IMG/VR virus record: IMGVR_UViG_3300025389_000049 | Span: 1-36,772 of that record | DNA length: 36,772 nucleotides | DNA from: a virus | Taxonomy: Duplodnaviria > Caudoviricetes | Direction: 5' to 3' (one strand) | Shown: piece by piece, positions 33,193 through 36,772 of the stretch | How the letters are laid out: every line of letters begins with the position of its first letter | Numbering within the stretch: position 1 is the first letter of the stretch | Translations under genes and position numbers: made by a program | Notes under the pieces: model-generated | What the model was told of the DNA's origin: nothing | Databases searched by the model: none | What the model saw: the letters and a program-made list of their open reading frames with translations, nothing else

Positions 33193-33288
33193 TTATTTCT
33201 CCTCTAGTTGCTTGGGTTGTTGTTTGGGAGGATTGTTTAGATACTCCCATTCTTCATCAGTATAAGGCCACCAATTCAATTTATTCAT
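33193..33288 (-). CDS. 31-aa micro-protein (MNKLNWWPYTDEEWEYLNNPPKQQ...), paralog of 508-585
   Basis: GAGGT RBS; shared motif. Confidence 0.75.
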   Translation of the reverse strand: MNKLNWWPYTDEEWEYLNNPPKQQPKQLEEK

Positions 33289-33365
33289 GGATGTACCTCA
33301 TACTGTTCCTTTGACCATTCAATGATATATCGAATGGCTTGATAGAATTCATATAAATTGTACAT
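33285..33365 (-). CDS. 26-aa micro-protein (MYNLYEFYQAIRYIIEWSKEQYEVHP)
   Basis: ATGA overlap; positional equivalent of 315-416. Confidence 0.55.
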   Translation of the reverse strand: MYNLYEFYQAIRYIIEWSKEQYEVHP

Positions 33366-33368
33366 AAT

Positions 33369-33524
33369 TTATACCATTCTATTAAAGGTCATTTTATTAT
33401 TGAATTCACGTGTTAGAACTTCAACATCAGCCGCAGTCTGTGGATTACGACTATTGATATAATCTTCTAACGCTGAATATTTGCTGTCAAATATTGACAC
33501 TAAAAAATCTATGATTTTATTCAT
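33369..33524 (-). CDS. 51-aa protein, paralog of 160-318
   Basis: SALEDYINSRNPQTAADVEVLTREF; AAGGGG RBS. Confidence 0.85.
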   Translation of the reverse strand: MNKIIDFLVSIFDSKYSALEDYINSRNPQTAADVEVLTREFNNKMTFNRMV

Positions 33525-33527
33525 TGC

Positions 33528-33800
33528 TTACCCCTTTACAGGTAAGAATGCTTTCATTTGTGATTGAATAGCATCAAATGACTTTTGATAAAAAGACTTA
33601 TCCATCAATAGATCGCCAATGTCAGTGCCAACTTTAACTGTGGCATCAAAGGCTTCTTTGGTGTAGGTAGTTTGCAAGTCTACAAACTTGTTAAGTGCTT
33701 TTGCTAATTCTGGGCTAGTTTTTTCTAATGTGGCATCAACTGCCAATTTCTTAGATGTTTGAACCGCATCAATGGCGGTATGTGCGATAGTTTTGAACAT
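33528..33800 (-). CDS. Phasin-like protein, paralog of 1727-1942
   Basis: ACACAGGAG RBS; IDAVQ...FVDLQTTYTK. Confidence 0.6.
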   Translation of the reverse strand: MFKTIAHTAIDAVQTSKKLAVDATLEKTSPELAKALNKFVDLQTTYTKEAFDATVKVGTDIGDLLMDKSFYQKSFDAIQSQMKAFLPVKG

Positions 33801-33825
33801 ATTAATCTCCTGTGTATGTGTGTTC

Positions 33826-33863
33826 TGTAGAATGATTCTACATTAATATTTAGTCCATGTCAA
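33826..33863 (-). promoter_or_regulatory. sigma70 promoter with embedded TAAATA and palindromic operator-like site
   Basis: TTGACA-N17-TAGAAT; TGTAGAAT-n-ATTCTACA at 33826-33842. Confidence 0.75.
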
Positions 33864-33873
33864 GGACTTTTTC

Positions 33874-33903
33874 AAAAAGAAATGGGGTATTATCCCCATT
33901 TCT
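33874..33903 (-). terminator. Rho-independent terminator
   Basis: AGAAATGGGG-N6-CCCCATTTCT plus T run on the minus strand. Confidence 0.8.
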
Positions 33904-34177
33904 CATTGTACTTCTTTAATGCCAATGTCCTTGCTAAAAATAATCTGAATTTAGCGTAGTCACTTATTTCGATAAATTCACTCTTAACATGGTCTAATCT
34001 TCGGCGATCAATAATGAAGTCTTCATCATCATATTGAAAACCTTTTTCATCTCCCAAATTAAGAAGTGATAACCTAAATGGATTACTTCTTAGGAGTTTC
34101 GGCTTTCTTGGTATCTTTATGTTTGGCCTTGCTTTTAGCAGGCTGACTTTTAGTGTGGTCCACCTTCTTAGCCAACT
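33890..34177 (-). CDS. Start-less 95-codon open frame homologous to the C-terminus of 3192-3536; possible +1 frameshift extension of 34083-34283
   Basis: ...RKPKLLRSNPF...DDEDFIIDRRR...EISDYAKFRLFLARTLALKKYNEKWG; no ATG or GTG in frame. Confidence 0.7.
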   Translation of the reverse strand, partial: SWLRRWTTLKVSLLKARPNIKIPRKPKLLRSNPFRLSLLNLGDEKGFQYDDEDFIIDRRRLDHVKSEFIEISDYAKFRLFLARTLALKKYNEKWG

Positions 34178-34283
34178 TCATTTCTTTTGCTGGTGCTTGA
34201 GCAGGAGCGGCTGCTGGTGCAGGTTCTGTGGCAAATGCACTTACTGTTACCAATGTTGCAAGTAATGTTACTAGAGTTTTCAT
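34083..34283 (-). CDS. 66-aa secreted Ala/Pro/Lys-rich protein
   Basis: AAAGGA RBS; signal peptide ending SAFA. Confidence 0.85.
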   Translation of the reverse strand: MKTLVTLLATLVTVSAFATEPAPAAAPAQAPAKEMKLAKKVDHTKSQPAKSKAKHKDTKKAETPKK

Positions 34284-34325
34284 TTGGATTTCCTTTAAGT
34301 TAATAACAGAATTATTCTCTGTTAT

Positions 34326-34358
34326 ATATACAACGCCTGTCAAGTCATTTTCGTTGAC
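34326..34358 (-). promoter_or_regulatory. Bipartite motif GTCAAC-N17-CGTTGTATAT, copy 2
   Basis: Identical boxes and spacing to 3118-3150. Confidence 0.6.
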
Positions 34359-34381
34359 TTTGACAAACACTATTTAACCCA

Positions 34382-34546
34382 TTATCCACCACGGCCTGTT
34401 CTACGTACTACATTGGCTCCACCAAAGCCCTTGCTTGCTTTGGGAACAGGTTTGCCACCTGCTTGGTTGATTTGAAATACTTGTTTTGCTTTTTTCTTTG
34501 CAAGAATTTCTGCTATTGGGTTTGGTTTGCTTTCTTTCTTATCCAT
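34382..34546 (-). CDS. 54-aa basic protein ending RRTGRGG
   Basis: Hand-translated; AGGAG RBS. Confidence 0.75.
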   Translation of the reverse strand: MDKKESKPNPIAEILAKKKAKQVFQINQAGGKPVPKASKGFGGANVVRRTGRGG

Positions 34547-34555
34547 GATATACTC

Positions 34556-34963
34556 CTATCTGATAGAATTTAAATAGTCTCTTATGTTGCCGTATAATGT
34601 TACAACCATTGCAATTTTACTGTCAAAGATTCTAACATAAGGACCTTTTTTGTCCCCATCTTTATTTACACCCAAATAAAATGGGCACTTAATTTTCTTA
34701 GATAGTTCATGTGTAATCAATTCTGGTTTTAAGAACTTATCTTTTTTGTTCCATAAACTTCCCAGTGGGAATTCATAATATTCAATCTTTGCTTGAACAA
34801 AGGCACCGATCCCCTCTTCAGATAATCGTAATCCTTCACCACCTCTGCCTGTGACCCACCAACGAAAAACCACATCATCTAAAGGCAATTCATGCCAAGA
34901 CGTATGTGGTAGTTCGGCCAATATGGCTTTAGTGATTTGGTGTTTAGATTTGTGATAAGTCAT
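34556..34963 (-). CDS. Hypothetical protein
   Basis: Operon ORF; ends in TAG in frame with the next gene. Confidence 0.8.
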   Translation of the reverse strand: MTYHKSKHQITKAILAELPHTSWHELPLDDVVFRWWVTGRGGEGLRLSEEGIGAFVQAKIEYYEFPLGSLWNKKDKFLKPELITHELSKKIKCPFYLGVNKDGDKKGPYVRIFDSKIAMVVTLYGNIRDYLNSIR

Positions 34964-35249
34964 CGGGATACACAGTGCGCCCCGAATTCATAAAGACTAC
35001 TGTAAACTTATCTGTTTTGAACTGTGCATTCAATTTACGACATAGGTTTCGTGCATGACCTGGATTACTAAAACTAGTCTTTTTATATTTGGGAGCAGAA
35101 TCATTGTGCAGGTAGTGAGAAGACTTTAGATTAATAGGTTGGTCTTCATAGAACACAGCCCAGATACCAGACGCCTCTACAATTTGGTCACACTTGTACG
35201 TAGTTTTTTCTACATACTCTAATAAAACTTTTGGTTGTGTTCTGCTCAT
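34944..35249 (-). CDS. Hypothetical protein (KYKKTSFSNPGHA)
   Basis: Coupled ORF. Confidence 0.8.
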   Translation of the reverse strand: MSRTQPKVLLEYVEKTTYKCDQIVEASGIWAVFYEDQPINLKSSHYLHNDSAPKYKKTSFSNPGHARNLCRKLNAQFKTDKFTVVFMNSGRTVYPDDLSQI

Positions 35250-35458
35250 TTGAAAGACCCGCCTTTAATCTGTACCTCAATAATCTCGTTTACTTTATTT
35301 TCTTTTTCCTCTTTATTAAAAGAAGTCAAGTCTGCTAACAATTTAGCAATCTCGTCACGTAGCCCTCTGGCTTCACTTATCGGCAAAACAACATCCTTAC
35401 CTTGTTTTGATTCGACAAGCGATACCTTATCTACGAAACGCTTAATTTGAATCATCAT
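35246..35458 (-). CDS. Hypothetical protein
   Basis: Coupled ORF. Confidence 0.75.
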   Translation of the reverse strand: MMIQIKRFVDKVSLVESKQGKDVVLPISEARGLRDEIAKLLADLTSFNKEEKENKVNEIIEVQIKGGSFK

Positions 35459-35463
35459 AATCT

Positions 35464-35919
35464 CTATATATTTATCTCATTCTGTGCGTCTGTTTCGGTT
35501 TTATACGGTCCTTTATAAGGATAACGCTGGATAAAGATGTATTTAGGGCAAAAAACTACCTGATTTACACCGTTTTGTTCAATAACAAACCAACCTGCAA
35601 CATGATTGCACTTGCTTTTCTTAGATTTAGTGTATAAATGTAGTCCACGTTTGATATTAAAAACTGAGTTATATACCTTAGCAGTTGTGGGATATTCTGG
35701 ATAGGGCATTTCTGCCTTAGTATTGTTAGACTTCAAGGGTTCAAATCTAATTTTGGTAGACTTTTTAATCTGTTCGGTGTTATCAAACTGAATAAAAGTA
35801 CCGTTGAGTTGTACCCCATAACCTTGATGGTTAGCAGTTACATTGCCAACCTTCTTTTCACCATCAGTAACAATCCAAAACTGATTCTTTACCACTGGCT
35901 TTGCGATTAGTTCACTCAT
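35464..35919 (-). CDS. Hypothetical protein
   Basis: GGGAG RBS; ends in TAG. Confidence 0.8.
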   Translation of the reverse strand: MSELIAKPVVKNQFWIVTDGEKKVGNVTANHQGYGVQLNGTFIQFDNTEQIKKSTKIRFEPLKSNNTKAEMPYPEYPTTAKVYNSVFNIKRGLHLYTKSKKSKCNHVAGWFVIEQNGVNQVVFCPKYIFIQRYPYKGPYKTETDAQNEINI

Positions 35920-36223
35920 TCACTACTCCCCTTGTGATTGCTAAAAATAAATCTTTTTTGTGTTTAGGTGTCCAGTGATTACCATTAGGACCGCAGTCAC
36001 TTTCACGTATCCTGTAGACACCACATGATTCGTAATGAGCCTCTACCTTTTTAGGGCCTATTACAGGATCATACTCAATTACGTTTTCTTTATATGATAG
36101 TTTGCATTTGTAACTAGACCTGGGTAAAGTAGCAAAAAATAATGTGCTTGCTATCTTATCACCTAAGGACACCATGCTGTGTTTACAATCTTTACACAAC
36201 AGTTTACTTTCTACTTTTTCCAT
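35912..36223 (-). CDS. Cys-containing hypothetical protein
   Basis: CKDCKH...C...C...C, possible Zn binding; GAGGA RBS. Confidence 0.75.
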   Translation of the reverse strand: MEKVESKLLCKDCKHSMVSLGDKIASTLFFATLPRSSYKCKLSYKENVIEYDPVIGPKKVEAHYESCGVYRIRESDCGPNGNHWTPKHKKDLFLAITRGVVNE

Positions 36224-36447
36224 TTAAGTTCCTCAATTAGTTTTTTAGCCATTGAATAATCTGTTACTTGTTGGTCAAGAATTTCTAAATTGACTAATTC
36301 ACTTAACAATATAACTTGTTTAAGATTAGATAACGTCAATGTTTCTTTCCATTCATCAAACTCTTCTTGTGTGTCTTTAGACCACATTTCATTTAGCAAA
36401 ATTACTTGCTTTGCAGTTAATCCGGTAAGTGTAATATCTTTGGTCAT
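36211..36447 (-). CDS. Hypothetical protein
   Basis: RBS supplied by the junction repeat; ends in TAG. Confidence 0.75.
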   Translation of the reverse strand: MTKDITLTGLTAKQVILLNEMWSKDTQEEFDEWKETLTLSNLKQVILLSELVNLEILDQQVTDYSMAKKLIEELKWKK

Positions 36448-36470
36448 TCTTCAACTCCGAAATGTTGTTT
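36444..36470. repeat. 27-bp dispersed repeat, here intergenic
   Basis: Identical to 24144-24170. Confidence 0.9.
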
Positions 36471-36754
36471 TATCCCAGTTTCTCCAAATCATGTTTAAGG
36501 CGCCGATGAAATGAATCCTCAGCGTCATCACCGCTTACCAGCCAATCAATACGTTGAGTATAAATGTGGGCTTGGCGCAGGATTAGAAGTCCTTTTTTAA
36601 ATTCTGCGATAGTCTCTGGTGTAAAGTGATAACCTCGACGGTCGCCATATTCGTTTACTTCTTCGCTATCGTTGTCGATAATCAATTGCTCAACTTCATC
36701 AGCGATATTGCCGATTTCCCATTGTTTATATTGAAAGTGTCCACCGCTCATCAT
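36470..36754 (-). CDS. Hypothetical protein (MSGGHF...RIDWLVSGDD)
   Basis: GGAG RBS from junction motif. Confidence 0.8.
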   Translation of the reverse strand: MMSGGHFQYKQWEIGNIADEVEQLIIDNDSEEVNEYGDRRGYHFTPETIAEFKKGLLILRQAHIYTQRIDWLVSGDDAEDSFHRRLKHDLEKLG

Positions 36755-36772
36755 TCAACTCCAAAGTGTTTC
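36751..36772 (-). CDS. 3' end of a gene running off the window (...KHFGVE)
   Basis: AAA CAC TTT GGA GTT GAA TGA matches the HFGVE(E) tail. Confidence 0.55.

Noticed and set aside
32817-34370. Extended starts in the track (33182, 34370; also 1688, 20725, 22290, 25829)
   Set aside because: Downstream ATGs have an RBS or translational coupling and match paralog N-termini; the extensions overlap other ORFs or promoters
1-36772. Genome-wide TAG reassignment (code 15)
   Set aside because: Long genes are intact under code 11 and several genes end naturally in TAG next to or overlapping the following gene; only one clear internal TAG was found

Overview
AT-rich, densely coding segment of a large dsDNA tailed phage, most likely a T4-like or jumbo myovirus of a proteobacterial host (inferred from gene content; no integrase, CRISPR array or rRNA seen). 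A + strand block (160-3536) carries micro-ORFs, a cupin, an alpha/beta hydrolase, a phasin-like gene and a tRNA. The rest is almost all - strand: tail fibre and structural genes, probable capsid-packaged proteins, a 903-aa multi-domain muralytic protein, host-like accessory genes (5-aminolevulinate synthase on +, NucA-type nuclease, YbaN, YqgE/AlgH, HldD-like epimerase, peptidase S11), a ParB-like plus two GIY-YIG-like trio, ATP-dependent DNA ligase and many short genes behind near-consensus sigma70 promoters. Most striking: an amber-suppressor tRNA (anticodon CUA, 2297-2371) sits in the same apparent transcription unit as a gene whose apparent real start (2533, with RBS) is followed by an in-frame TAG at codon 4, although TAG still ends other genes. 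Also notable: (i) an inverted, reshuffled second copy of the phasin-like micro-ORF cassette; (ii) a start-less conserved ORF best explained by a +1 frameshift, whose locus shares an ECF-like promoter with its in-frame paralog; (iii) TAAATA late-promoter cores implying leaderless mRNAs; (iv) probable Glu-cleaved virion polyproteins; (v) a repeated portable RBS/stop/start junction among MNERI-type genes. Family assignments come from motif recognition by eye, not from database searches.
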